Below, in pieces: positions 51,432 through 61,051 of a DNA stretch of 64,000 bases. A program made the position numbers and the translations under genes. How positions within the stretch are numbered: the stretch's first letter is position 1; every line of letters starts with the position of its first letter. Under the pieces are notes generated by a model. That model was given only the letters and a program-made list of their open reading frames with translations, made no database searches and was not told the origin of the DNA. The DNA comes from an uncultured Bacilli bacterium (GTDB lineage Bacteria; Bacillota_I; Bacilli_A; RF39; UBA660), in contig CASPWD010000005.1 in the NCBI GenBank assembly GCA_949425635.1, positions 100,328 through 164,327 of the forward strand. The letters are read 5' to 3'.

Positions 51432-52640
51432 ATGAAATTTATCAAAGACTTAAGTGAGAAAGAATATAATGATTTTTTTAAGAGAACTCCTAATAATCAC
51501 TTTATGCAAAGTTATGGTTGGGGGCAAGCTTGTTTAAAAAATAGAGGACAAATTCCTTGCTATGTAGGACTTAAAAATGATAAAGGCAAATTAGTAGCAG
51601 CAGCTCTACTTTTAAAGAAGAAAACCCCACTAAATATGTGCTATTTTTATTCTCCAAGAGGTTTTACAATGGACTTCTCTGATAAAGAAGTATTAACTGA
51701 ATTTACAAAACAGTTGAAAGAATATTTAAAAGAAGAAAATGCTATATATCTTAAATTGGATCCACCTATTATGTATCAAGAAATTGATATGGAAGCTAAA
51801 AAAATTGAAGGTGGAAAGAACAATTATGATATTTTTAATAATTTTATAGAATTAGGTTATAAACATCAAGGCTTTAATAAGTTATATGAAGGGAATCAAC
51901 CACGTTACACTTTCCGTACTTATTATGATAAATATAATAGTTTTGACGAAGTAGAAAAAACTTTTTCAAAGTCATTTGCAAGACCGGTTAAGAGAAGCTA
52001 TAATTATGACTTAGAAGTTTATCAAGCTGATGAAGTTAAGACCTTTCATGATTTAATTAAGATTATTTCTAGTAAAGACGGATTTCATGAGTATAGTTAT
52101 GATTATTATAAAAATGTTTATGAAGAATTAAGTAAACAAGGTTTTGTAAAAGTTTACAATGTTAAAATAAATCCTCAACATTTGATTGACAAATTTAGTA
52201 AAGAACTAGAAATGGAAAAGAAGGAAGAACGTAAAGTAAAAATTCAAAAAGATATTGATTACTTTAAAGATATTCTTAAAATACATGAAGGGGAGTATAC
52301 ATGTGCTTCACTAATATGTACATATTCTGAAACAGGAGCTTGGTCTCTTTACATTGGTAACGATGATGTTGCGACATATACTGGTACTGTTAATAGATTA
52401 TATTATGAATTTATGAAGGATGCTTATAATGATGGATATTTGTATGCTGACCTTTTTGGTGTTGTAGGTGATCCTCATACTGAGTATAAAAATTTAGCGG
52501 GTATTTATGAATATAAAAGAAAAATTGGTGGTGATTATATCGAATTTATTGGAGAATTTGATTTAATCAATAAACCATTTTGGTATAAGGTATTACCTAT
52601 GCTTTTAAAAGTATATCGTACAATAAGGAAAGGAAAATAG
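51432..52640 (+). CDS. FemABX/MurM-type peptidoglycan bridge aminoacyltransferase
   Basis: Reads on the + strand (ATG 51417/51432, TAG ending 52640); HFMQS.GW, YSPRG, QPRY, YKRK.GG...EFIGEFD. Confidence 0.92.
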   Translation: MKFIKDLSEKEYNDFFKRTPNNHFMQSYGWGQACLKNRGQIPCYVGLKNDKGKLVAAALLLKKKTPLNMCYFYSPRGFTMDFSDKEVLTEFTKQLKEYLKEENAIYLKLDPPIMYQEIDMEAKKIEGGKNNYDIFNNFIELGYKHQGFNKLYEGNQPRYTFRTYYDKYNSFDEVEKTFSKSFARPVKRSYNYDLEVYQADEVKTFHDLIKIISSKDGFHEYSYDYYKNVYEELSKQGFVKVYNVKINPQHLIDKFSKELEMEKKEERKVKIQKDIDYFKDILKIHEGEYTCASLICTYSETGAWSLYIGNDDVATYTGTVNRLYYEFMKDAYNDGYLYADLFGVVGDPHTEYKNLAGIYEYKRKIGGDYIEFIGEFDLINKPFWYKVLPMLLKVYRTIRKGK

Positions 52641-52641
52641 T

Positions 52642-52992
52642 ATGTTATTTATATATTATCCAAAGTGTTCAACTTGCTTGAAAGCAAAAAAGTTTTTAGA
52701 TGACAATAATGTTAGTTATGATGAGCAAGACATAAAAAATAATCCACCAACATTTGGTGAATTAAAAGAATATTTTACAAAAAGTGGATTACCAGTTAAG
52801 AGGTTTGTCAATACTAGTGGTCTTTTATATAAAGAAATGAAGTTAAAAGATAAGTTACCTAATATGAGTGATGAAGAGGTTTTAAAGTTAATTAGTACTA
52901 ATGGAATGCTAATTAAAAGACCTCTGTTAATAAGTGATAATTTTGTTCTAACTGGATTTAAAGAAGCTGAATACAAAAGTGCTATAGAGTAA
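52642..52992 (+). CDS. ArsC/Spx family protein
   Basis: CSTC, NTSG..YK, LIKRP. Confidence 0.92.
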   Translation: MLFIYYPKCSTCLKAKKFLDDNNVSYDEQDIKNNPPTFGELKEYFTKSGLPVKRFVNTSGLLYKEMKLKDKLPNMSDEEVLKLISTNGMLIKRPLLISDNFVLTGFKEAEYKSAIE

Positions 52993-53010
52993 AATCTATA
53001 GCACTTTTTT
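52975..53010. terminator. Bidirectional intrinsic terminator between convergent genes
   Basis: AAAAGTGCTATAGA/TCTATAGCACTTTT perfect stem. Confidence 0.8.
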
Positions 53011-53648
53011 TAATTATTAAGTTCAATATATTTAATATCAGTTACAGTCATTCCATCAAAAGTTACTTTGTAAACAGCTGGTGCTGTCCAATGTCCATCG
53101 ACAATTGTTTCGTCTTTGTAAGTTAATATAATCTCATCATCGTAGTTTTTACCGATTTCACACCATGCACTTAATAAGCATGTTAAAGCAGTACTATGCG
53201 AAATAACTGCTACCCTATTTTCTGTTTCAAACATTAAGATATTTTTCATAACTTCAATCATTCTTTTTTTTGTCTGATTTAAAGATTCTCCATTTGGAAG
53301 TTTATAGTCAAAATCCTTAGCTTGCATACGATGAAATTCTTTACTATCAATATTTTCAAAGTTGCCTATTTGTCTTTCATTTAAGCGCTCGTCGATATTT
53401 ATAATCGTATTATTCTCTTGAGCGATATATTTAGCTGTTTCTAATGAGCGAACATAATTAGATGAATAAACAGCATCTATGTTTTGTAATTCCTCTAATT
53501 GGCTCATACTTTTAGCTTTGGCTTCACCGCTTACAGAAAGAAAAGCTTTTTCATTTGAGGTTTGAAAGTCGTCACTCATACTAATATTTTTTATATTACT
53601 CTTTGGTGTAACTTCAGAATGTCTTATTAAATATACTACTGTTTCCAC
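53010..53648 (-). CDS. Histidine phosphatase (phosphoglycerate mutase-like) family protein
   Basis: LIRHS, SS..RS.ET, RLNE, GES, ISH. Confidence 0.88.
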   Translation of the reverse strand: METVVYLIRHSEVTPKSNIKNISMSDDFQTSNEKAFLSVSGEAKAKSMSQLEELQNIDAVYSSNYVRSLETAKYIAQENNTIINIDERLNERQIGNFENIDSKEFHRMQAKDFDYKLPNGESLNQTKKRMIEVMKNILMFETENRVAVISHSTALTCLLSAWCEIGKNYDDEIILTYKDETIVDGHWTAPAVYKVTFDGMTVTDIKYIELNN

Positions 53649-54115
53649 TAAAAGATCACCTCAAATAAACCAAATGATACAGCCATCATAATAAGCCCAG
53701 CAAGTAAGACTCCAGCTGTTACAGCAAGAACTGTTTTTTTGAAGTCTAAGTCTAAGATACTTGCAGCTAATGTACCTGTCCAAGCTCCTGTCCCAGGTAG
53801 TGGAATTCCGACAAATAAGAATAGTGCCCAATATAATCCTTTACCTGCTTTGGCTTGCAATTTACGGCCGCCTTTTTCGCCTTTAAGTAAACACCAAGTA
53901 AAGAACTTTCCTATATATTTTTTATCTTTTCCCCATTCTAAAACTCGTCTTGAAAATAGATATATTATAGGAACTGGTAACATATTACCTATTATGGAAA
54001 TAATAAAAGAGATAAGTTTTGGCAAACCTAGACCTACAGCTATTGGAATAGCTCCTCTTAGTTCAATTAACGGAACCATAGATACTAAAAAAACTATTAT
54101 ATATTTTACTAACAT
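53648..54115 (-). CDS. Putative small multidrug export protein (COG2426)
   Basis: SMVPLIELRGAIP, FVGIPLPGTGAWTG. Confidence 0.88.
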   Translation of the reverse strand: MLVKYIIVFLVSMVPLIELRGAIPIAVGLGLPKLISFIISIIGNMLPVPIIYLFSRRVLEWGKDKKYIGKFFTWCLLKGEKGGRKLQAKAGKGLYWALFLFVGIPLPGTGAWTGTLAASILDLDFKKTVLAVTAGVLLAGLIMMAVSFGLFEVIF

Positions 54116-54154
54116 AAAATCACCTTACTATTTTTATTTTTATAACGCTTTATA

Positions 54155-54679
54155 CTATTTAATGTCTATGTATTTATATTCCTCGTATTTGCCTATTTTA
54201 CAAATTATTTTACTAGGAAATATTTTAAAACGATCGAGATAAGATATTAAAGCCTTGTTATATTTAAGAGAAAATTTATTTATAACTTTATTGTATCTTT
54301 TTAAATGACGTTCATATTTAACATATTTGGGATTATTTAGAAGTTCTGGATAAGCCGTAGATGCCAATAAAATTTTTTTTATTTCAGAACTTAGTTGACT
54401 ATTAATCGTTATCTTTTTATTTAAAGTATATTCATTATACTCTTTTATATAGTCATATAAGTTACTGCTTAGACTTTCAAAATCTATTTTATTGAATTCT
54501 TTAATAATATCAATCATTTTATAAATAACATTTAATCTAGTTATAAAGATTTTATCTAATTCATTAAATTGATTTATTAGATTACGTTTTCGTTTATTCA
54601 CGATAGTTAGTTCAAGTATAATAAATAAAATCAACCATATAAGTAAAACTATAAGTAATATACTTAATGAATTTTTCAT
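54155..54679 (-). CDS. LemA-like membrane protein
   Basis: N-terminal TM, YPEL, YN....Y......FP pattern. Confidence 0.65.
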   Translation of the reverse strand: MKNSLSILLIVLLIWLILFIILELTIVNKRKRNLINQFNELDKIFITRLNVIYKMIDIIKEFNKIDFESLSSNLYDYIKEYNEYTLNKKITINSQLSSEIKKILLASTAYPELLNNPKYVKYERHLKRYNKVINKFSLKYNKALISYLDRFKIFPSKIICKIGKYEEYKYIDIK

Positions 54680-54750
54680 ACCTTAAACACTCCCTGTAAG
54701 AATTATATCACAAAAAAGAAGAATTATTCCATTCTTCTTTAATTATTTTG

Positions 54751-55746
54751 TTATTCAAAAATATACCATTTATTTTTTATTTTTACAGCGTTAACTTCTG
54801 TTCTTTCAATCTCTTTGTCTCCGTCGTTGTCTATAGTAAATTTAATTGAGTATTCTACAACATCTTTGACATCTTTTTCATTTATATCGTAACTTTTTTC
54901 TAGTTTTTCAGCATAATCTTCTATTTGATCTTTATCGTATTTTTCATAATCAATTATTTTATATTTTAAAATTTTATAATCTCTTTTTTCAAATCTTTCA
55001 AAAGTTTCTTCAAAAGTATCTTCAAAATCTTCATCCGTTAAGTCTTCCATATAATCTATGTAGTCCTCATGAAAAATTTTAGTCATTTTTTTAGCATCAT
55101 ATTTTACCATTGCGCTAGCATATGTTTTAACCACACCTTTTGATCCACCTGTTTGCATGTAAGTTCCTAAACAAAATAATATAGCTAATACAACAATTAT
55201 TGATATTATTAATACTTTTTTGTCTGTTTTTAACTTCTCTGTGTAACTACTGAATCCAGTTTTAGCTTTTGCTGCAAGTTCATTTGCCTTAGCTTTTGCT
55301 GCATCCGTATTTATTATTGGAGCTGTTGCAACTGGTTGTTGTGTTTGAACATTTGGTGCTGCTTGATTTTGAACTTGTCCAGAGAATGTTGATGTATTTT
55401 GATTTATGTTTGGCATTTCAAATGATTGAGGTTGACTTGGTGTTGTTGCTACTCCAACTGATTGTTGTTCTACTACTGGAGTTTGTTGAACTACTGGTTG
55501 TACATCTACTGATGACTGTTGAACAGATTTTTGTTCAGCTACTTGTGTTTGTGAAGAACTTGTTTGTACTGCTGTAACTGGTGTAGATTCACTAGCCTGT
55601 GATTCATTCGAATTATTAACTTGAGTTGTTACGATAGGTGCTGCATCTGTAGTTGCTGATGTAACTGGTTGGGTTGGTTGTTGTTGATTTTGTAGTCCTC
55701 CATTTGGTAGTGGACTTTGATTATTTTCATTATTCATTTTTTTCAC
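54751..55746 (-). CDS. Membrane protein with Q/T/P-rich disordered N-terminus and NTF2-like extracellular domain
   Basis: Low-complexity first ~150 aa, single TM, ends VKIKNKWYI. Confidence 0.7.
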   Translation of the reverse strand: MKKMNNENNQSPLPNGGLQNQQQPTQPVTSATTDAAPIVTTQVNNSNESQASESTPVTAVQTSSSQTQVAEQKSVQQSSVDVQPVVQQTPVVEQQSVGVATTPSQPQSFEMPNINQNTSTFSGQVQNQAAPNVQTQQPVATAPIINTDAAKAKANELAAKAKTGFSSYTEKLKTDKKVLIISIIVVLAILFCLGTYMQTGGSKGVVKTYASAMVKYDAKKMTKIFHEDYIDYMEDLTDEDFEDTFEETFERFEKRDYKILKYKIIDYEKYDKDQIEDYAEKLEKSYDINEKDVKDVVEYSIKFTIDNDGDKEIERTEVNAVKIKNKWYIFE

Positions 55747-55832
55747 TCCGTTTTCTACTCTATTATCAGAATAATATAGATAATCTTAAAAATCAATAAT
55801 ACTTAGATGCTTATTTACATTAAATTTATAAT

Positions 55833-55995
55833 GAAAAAAAGGAAAGATGTATTCTTTCCTAAAAAGTGTGAGTTTTGAGTTTATATGTTATTTTAATTGT
55901 ATAGGGTTTATATTATATAATTAAATTTATTATTATTTTTGTCTTTAATTAATAACATTATTTTAATTTCTTTTTATCTTTCCTCCTTTTCATAA
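55833..55995 (-). ncRNA. Candidate small RNA or small-peptide transcript
   Basis: Own promoter with TTCAYW repeats and -10 TATTAT; terminator GGAAAGA/TCTTTCC plus T7; no ORF above 16 aa seen. Confidence 0.4.
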
Positions 55996-55999
55996 TTTA

Positions 56000-56042
56000 A
56001 TAATACTATTCAATTATGAAAATTAAGTGAGGAAAAAGTGAA
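56000..56042 (-). promoter_or_regulatory. OmpR-type direct-repeat binding site plus -10
   Basis: TTCACT/CTCACT/TTCATA at 11-bp period, 9 bp before TATTAT. Confidence 0.6.
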
Positions 56043-56056
56043 ATATTTCTTAAGAA

Positions 56057-57481
56057 TTATTTTTTTAGATTATTATTTTTTAAATTATTTATTTTGTTTA
56101 CTTTAAAATAAAAGGTTGTGCCTTTATTCTTAGTACTTTTTACACCATATTCGAAGTTATGGCTTTCTAAGATACTTTTTACTATTGATAAACCTAAACC
56201 AGTTCCTACAACATTACGTTGGTGATTTTTTTCATTTTTATAATATTTATCCCAAATATGTTCTATTTTATCTTTATCTATTCCCTTTCCAGTATCTTTT
56301 ATAGATATTTCATATGATTTTTTTCCTTCTTTAATTGCAATGAAAATGGTTTTGTCATCCCCAGTATAATTTATTGCATTGTTGATAAGATTATATATTA
56401 CCTGATTTATTTTATTTTTATCCGCTCTTATATTTACTTCTTCAGGAAGTGATACATTAAATGTATATCCTTCTGTATCACGTAAGTAATCATATCTTTT
56501 TAAGATATCTTTAACCTCTTTAGTTAAGTCAAAAGTTTCTATTTCTAGAGTATCTGAGTTAGCTTGAAGTTTTGATAAAGCTAAAATATCTCCAACTAAT
56601 ATATTTAGGCGGTCTGTTTCGTCAATAATAACATTTAAATTAGCATTCATCTTTTCTTTATCTTTATATGTTATATCTCTTACCATTTCCGCATAGGCTT
56701 TAATCATTGTTAATGGAGTTTTTAAATCATGGGAAACATTAGCCATTAAGTCGCGACGATATTGATCTGTTTTACTTACTTCACTTTCTAAGTAATTTAA
56801 TGTATCTGCTAATTCGTCGATTTCTTTTATTCCATGATGTTCAAAATCAATATTATAATTTCCATTTGCTAATAATTTTGATTTCTCTGTTATAGAAACA
56901 ATTGGTTCACTTAAAACTTTAGCCAAAAACAAACTTATTACAATAGCAAGAATTATAACAACAATGGCTAAATATAATAGTTGGTCTTTTATTATAGTAT
57001 AATTTTTATTTACATTACTAAGCATAGTGAAAAGAAAGATATATCCATTATCTACTTTTATTCCATATAATAAAGCAGAAGATTTATAGTCAGGATTTAC
57101 TAATTTAATGGCTTTGATTTCTTCACCACTATTATAAAGACTTGTCATATATTGATTAAATTCTTGATTATCACGACCTAATAAACAACCTGTTGAAGCA
57201 TCATTGTATAATTTATCTCTTCCATATACATCCATATATTCTATACATACGGCATTATTATAAACAACATTTTTTAAATAACTATGTAACTCATCGGAAT
57301 CTTTATCGTGAATTTCTTCAGCGATTTTTTCCATATCTTTTATTTGGTATTTTTCGTACAAGTAGTTTGAAAAAAGAATTTGAGATTCCCAAAGTAAAAG
57401 GATTATAAATACAGAAAACAATATTAGGTAAAACATTGTTTTATAACGAATACTACTTGTTTTTAGTTTCTTGATATTCAA
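56057..57481 (-). CDS. Sensor histidine kinase (HAMP-HisKA-HATPase)
   Basis: NVSHDLKTPL, NLINNAINY, DTGKGI, GTGLGL. Confidence 0.95.
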   Translation of the reverse strand: MNIKKLKTSSIRYKTMFYLILFSVFIILLLWESQILFSNYLYEKYQIKDMEKIAEEIHDKDSDELHSYLKNVVYNNAVCIEYMDVYGRDKLYNDASTGCLLGRDNQEFNQYMTSLYNSGEEIKAIKLVNPDYKSSALLYGIKVDNGYIFLFTMLSNVNKNYTIIKDQLLYLAIVVIILAIVISLFLAKVLSEPIVSITEKSKLLANGNYNIDFEHHGIKEIDELADTLNYLESEVSKTDQYRRDLMANVSHDLKTPLTMIKAYAEMVRDITYKDKEKMNANLNVIIDETDRLNILVGDILALSKLQANSDTLEIETFDLTKEVKDILKRYDYLRDTEGYTFNVSLPEEVNIRADKNKINQVIYNLINNAINYTGDDKTIFIAIKEGKKSYEISIKDTGKGIDKDKIEHIWDKYYKNEKNHQRNVVGTGLGLSIVKSILESHNFEYGVKSTKNKGTTFYFKVNKINNLKNNNLKK

Positions 57482-58127
57482 ATTTATACCCTATTCCTCT
57501 AACCGTTTTTATTAAATCACCATAGTTATTTAAATTTCTTCTTAGTGTTTTGACATGTGTATCAATTGTTCTGTCATTACCATAAAAATCATATCCCCAT
57601 ACATTAGTTAGTAATTGTTCTCTTGAAAGAGCAATATTTTTATTAGTGACAAAGTATTTTAGTAATTCATATTCTTTAGGTGTTAGATAAATTTTTTCTC
57701 CATCAATAATGACATCGTGAGCTTTATCATCTATTACTAAACCATCGAACTTGTAGATTGATTCTTCTCCAATACTTCTTTTTATTACTGCTTTCACTCT
57801 TGCAACTAGTTCTTTAGGACTGAAAGGTTTTGTTACATAATCATCTATTCCTAAGTCAAATCCAATAAGTTTGTCATATTCTTCACTACGAGCAGAAAGC
57901 ATTATAAATGGAACGTCACTGAATTTTTTTATTTCTTTACAAGCTTGATAACCATCTTTATTTGGCATCATTATATCCATTATTATTAATGAATAATCGT
58001 TTTCTCTAGCTTTATTTACCGCTTCTTCACCATCTATTGCTTCAGATACTTCGTATCCTTCTAAGCTCAGGTATTCTTTTATTACTTCTCTAATAAGCTG
58101 CTCATCATCACATACAAGTATTTTCAT
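57453..58127 (-). CDS. OmpR/PhoB family response regulator
   Basis: CDDE, DIMMP, KPFS, LTPKEYELL, RTIDTHVKTLR, VRGIGY. Confidence 0.96.
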   Translation of the reverse strand: MKILVCDDEQLIREVIKEYLSLEGYEVSEAIDGEEAVNKARENDYSLIIMDIMMPNKDGYQACKEIKKFSDVPFIMLSARSEEYDKLIGFDLGIDDYVTKPFSPKELVARVKAVIKRSIGEESIYKFDGLVIDDKAHDVIIDGEKIYLTPKEYELLKYFVTNKNIALSREQLLTNVWGYDFYGNDRTIDTHVKTLRRNLNNYGDLIKTVRGIGYKFEYQETKNK

Positions 58128-58150
58128 GTCACTTCACCTCTTAAGTTAAT

Positions 58151-58182
58151 ATTTTATACTATATTTGTGAAATTACAATGAA
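58151..58182 (-). promoter_or_regulatory. Autoregulatory direct-repeat site plus -10 of the two-component operon
   Basis: TTCATT/TTCACA at 11-bp period, 9 bp before TAAAAT. Confidence 0.55.
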
Positions 58183-58202
58183 AAAAAGGTAGACTTGCCA
58201 CC

Positions 58203-58925
58203 TTAATCATCTAATTTAACATTATGATAAATATCTGTTACATCATCAATATCGTCTAATAAATTATAAAGTTTGTTAAATACTTCTAAATCTTCACCTT
58301 CTAAAGTAACAAGATCTTTTGCATACCATCCTGATTCATCTACTTCGAAGTCAACATTTGGAATTACTGTCTCAATAACTTCTTTTGTTTTATAGTTATC
58401 CCCATATTTTACAGAAATTGTAAGATATCCATCTTCATTTTCGAACTCAACTGGTTCTATTTCAGCATCTAGTAAAGCCATTAGTATTTCTTCTTCAGCG
58501 TCTGATTTAAAACTCATTATAGCTAGATTTTCATAGTTATATGATACAGAATTATTAACACCTAAACTCTTTTTCATTTTATTGAAAGCAGCTCTAACTT
58601 CACCAACTGTTCTATTTACATTATCCGTTAATGTTTTAATCATAAATGTTGATGCTCCAGGACCAAATCCTTCATAATATATTTCTTCATATTCATCTTT
58701 CCCAGCACCTTTAGCCTTATCGATAGCTCTTGTTATAATATCCGCTGGAACTTGCATTTTTTTTGCTTTTTCTACTAAATGTTTTAAAGCACTATTTGCT
58801 TCGATTTCTGGAGACCCATTTTTAGCGGCAAGATATATTTCTTTTGCAAAGTTTGTATATACTTTACCTTTAGCTGCTCCTGTCTTTTTTATTTTAGCTT
58901 CTCTAACTGCGTAAGCTCTTCCCAT
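58203..58925 (-). CDS. yebC: YebC/PmpR family protein
   Basis: MGRAY, IIT.AIDKA, YEGFGP, TDNVNRT, DDVTDIYHN. Confidence 0.95.
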   Translation of the reverse strand: MGRAYAVREAKIKKTGAAKGKVYTNFAKEIYLAAKNGSPEIEANSALKHLVEKAKKMQVPADIITRAIDKAKGAGKDEYEEIYYEGFGPGASTFMIKTLTDNVNRTVGEVRAAFNKMKKSLGVNNSVSYNYENLAIMSFKSDAEEEILMALLDAEIEPVEFENEDGYLTISVKYGDNYKTKEVIETVIPNVDFEVDESGWYAKDLVTLEGEDLEVFNKLYNLLDDIDDVTDIYHNVKLDD

Positions 58926-58978
58926 AATTTACACCTCTTTTAAACTTGTTTTATTATACATAATATATTCTTATAATA

Positions 58979-60034
58979 CTAGAAAAATTTAATTTTTTTA
59001 ACAAATTGGTATATAAAATGATTATTATCTATTCTACGTATTAATTTTATCATTTTATATGAATTATAGACATTATAGTAGTCAATATCCTCTTTTTCTA
59101 ATATATATTCTAATGATTTTAATACTGCTTCTTTCGTTGTATTTACATTAAAGAAATTTTTTATTCTTCTTTTCTGTCTTTTAGGAATCTTTCTTGTTAT
59201 AAATTTATAATATTCATTACTTCTTTTCTTAAAACAATATTTATAGCCATCTAGATTCTTTAAAATTCTTAGGGTATCATAATATCCCATCATTATGTTA
59301 TCTTTAATAATTTCACGATTTAACTCTAATATTCTTCCTGTATCACGACTTGGATAAATATATGTGATTTTTACATTTCTTGGTGGTTTACGATTTATTC
59401 CTATACCTTTAATATTTATAACATAGATATCTTTATAATTTTTGTCTGCCAAGAGTTTTATAGGGGAATTATCATAAAATCCTCCATCAATATAATAGTG
59501 ATTATCTAAGATTCTTTTTTCTCTAAATGCGGGAAAATAACTACTAGCCATTAGATATTCTAATAATTTATTTTTATTTTTTATATCTTCTTTATTAATG
59601 TATAGGGGCTTAATTCCCTCATGCCTTGAAACTTTAACTGTTACTAAGCCAAAGTCTAAATCGCTTGATTCTAAAGCTTCATAATCTATGACTTTTTCTA
59701 TTTCGGATAGAAGTTTTGTATTATCTAACCCAAAGTTTAAAACAACTTTTTTTAAGGCTGAAAAAGAAGATATTAGTGATTTTATGTCAATATCTTTTTT
59801 AGTAACTGTATCAATAAATTTTTGTTCAAAACCAAGCAATATACCTGGATTTACATTAGACCAAAATTCTAGTAATTCAGTTGCTTTGTTACTAGCTAGC
59901 ATTGCTGCATTAAATGAACCTATCGATGTACCTACATAGCCATTTAGCTTTATTTTACAATCGCGGAAAGCGTAATATGATCCTATTTGGTAAGATCCTT
60001 TGACACCTCCACCTTCTAAAACTAGTCCCTTCAT
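58979..60034 (-). CDS. Patatin-like phospholipase
   Basis: LEGGGVKG, GTSIG, DGG. Confidence 0.92.
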   Translation of the reverse strand: MKGLVLEGGGVKGSYQIGSYYAFRDCKIKLNGYVGTSIGSFNAAMLASNKATELLEFWSNVNPGILLGFEQKFIDTVTKKDIDIKSLISSFSALKKVVLNFGLDNTKLLSEIEKVIDYEALESSDLDFGLVTVKVSRHEGIKPLYINKEDIKNKNKLLEYLMASSYFPAFREKRILDNHYYIDGGFYDNSPIKLLADKNYKDIYVINIKGIGINRKPPRNVKITYIYPSRDTGRILELNREIIKDNIMMGYYDTLRILKNLDGYKYCFKKRSNEYYKFITRKIPKRQKRRIKNFFNVNTTKEAVLKSLEYILEKEDIDYYNVYNSYKMIKLIRRIDNNHFIYQFVKKIKFF

Positions 60035-60035
60035 A

Positions 60036-60992
60036 TTATTTCTTTTTACTCTTTTTTGAATAAAATGCTACAAAAGGTAAAGCAAAAAATCTTGGTAGTA
60101 CTCTTGTTGCTTTGTATTTATACTTAGTTAAGGTATTATAATATACATCTAAATTTTTACTTCTAAAATGTAAGATTTCATCTAATTTATCACCATCTTC
60201 ATAGAATCCACCATAATAGTTCTTTTCGGCAAAAAGATATGCAGATAAGAATTTAAGTGATATTCCATATGTCTGAAATAAGTAAACTAAATAATCACAA
60301 TACTTGGTTCTGAATTTTTCGCCACCTGCTACGTTAAATGTTTTTTTGTTGATTTGTTTTTTAAAGTCAATAGCACAAACAAAAGCATATCCAGCATCTT
60401 CAGATGATAACAATTCACATTTACTATCAGGAGTTATATTATAAATTAAACTTTCTGGACCAGGATCACCTAAGATATATGAAAGTCTAAAGATTGAATA
60501 ATTTTTTAAGTTATCTTTAATATACTTTTCGCATTCTAATTTATATTTAGAAAAGTAATCGTATTCATCTAAATTTGGCTTTGTAGATGTTGTAATGTTT
60601 TCATATTTTTCTTGTTTACCATAAACAGATGTACTTGATGAGTAAAGTAAAAAGCAATCTGGATTATAGTCGCTGATTGAATCGACGATTTGCTTTGTAC
60701 CATTCAAGTCTATTTCTTTACATAAGTCTTCACGAACATTAGCTAAAGGTGGGAGAACTCCTGCTAAGTGAATAACGACATCATGATCTTTAATTAAAGC
60801 ATCAATTATTGCACTATCATTAATATCTCCATATACAATATTTATTCTTTTACGGAATGGCTTTAATCTTTTATAGACATGTTTCGTTTTTAGTTCTAAA
60901 GCTGTTATTTCGTATTTTCCTTCGCTTAAAAGAAATCTTATTACTTGCAATCCGACAGTTCCACCTGCTCCTGTTACTAATACTTTTTTCAT
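60036..60992 (-). CDS. NAD-dependent epimerase/dehydratase (extended SDR)
   Basis: TGAGGTVG, HLAG, SSTSVYG; FSKYK in place of YxxxK. Confidence 0.85.
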   Translation of the reverse strand: MKKVLVTGAGGTVGLQVIRFLLSEGKYEITALELKTKHVYKRLKPFRKRINIVYGDINDSAIIDALIKDHDVVIHLAGVLPPLANVREDLCKEIDLNGTKQIVDSISDYNPDCFLLYSSSTSVYGKQEKYENITTSTKPNLDEYDYFSKYKLECEKYIKDNLKNYSIFRLSYILGDPGPESLIYNITPDSKCELLSSEDAGYAFVCAIDFKKQINKKTFNVAGGEKFRTKYCDYLVYLFQTYGISLKFLSAYLFAEKNYYGGFYEDGDKLDEILHFRSKNLDVYYNTLTKYKYKATRVLPRFFALPFVAFYSKKSKKK

Positions 60993-61051
60993 TTCTACAC
61001 CCTCTTTATGATACTCTTATTATTATAATACCATAATAAAATATTATTTAA

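Noticed and set aside
55270-55740. Repetitive GTT/TGT-rich DNA
   Set aside because: Reflects Gln/Thr/Pro low-complexity coding, not a tandem repeat array
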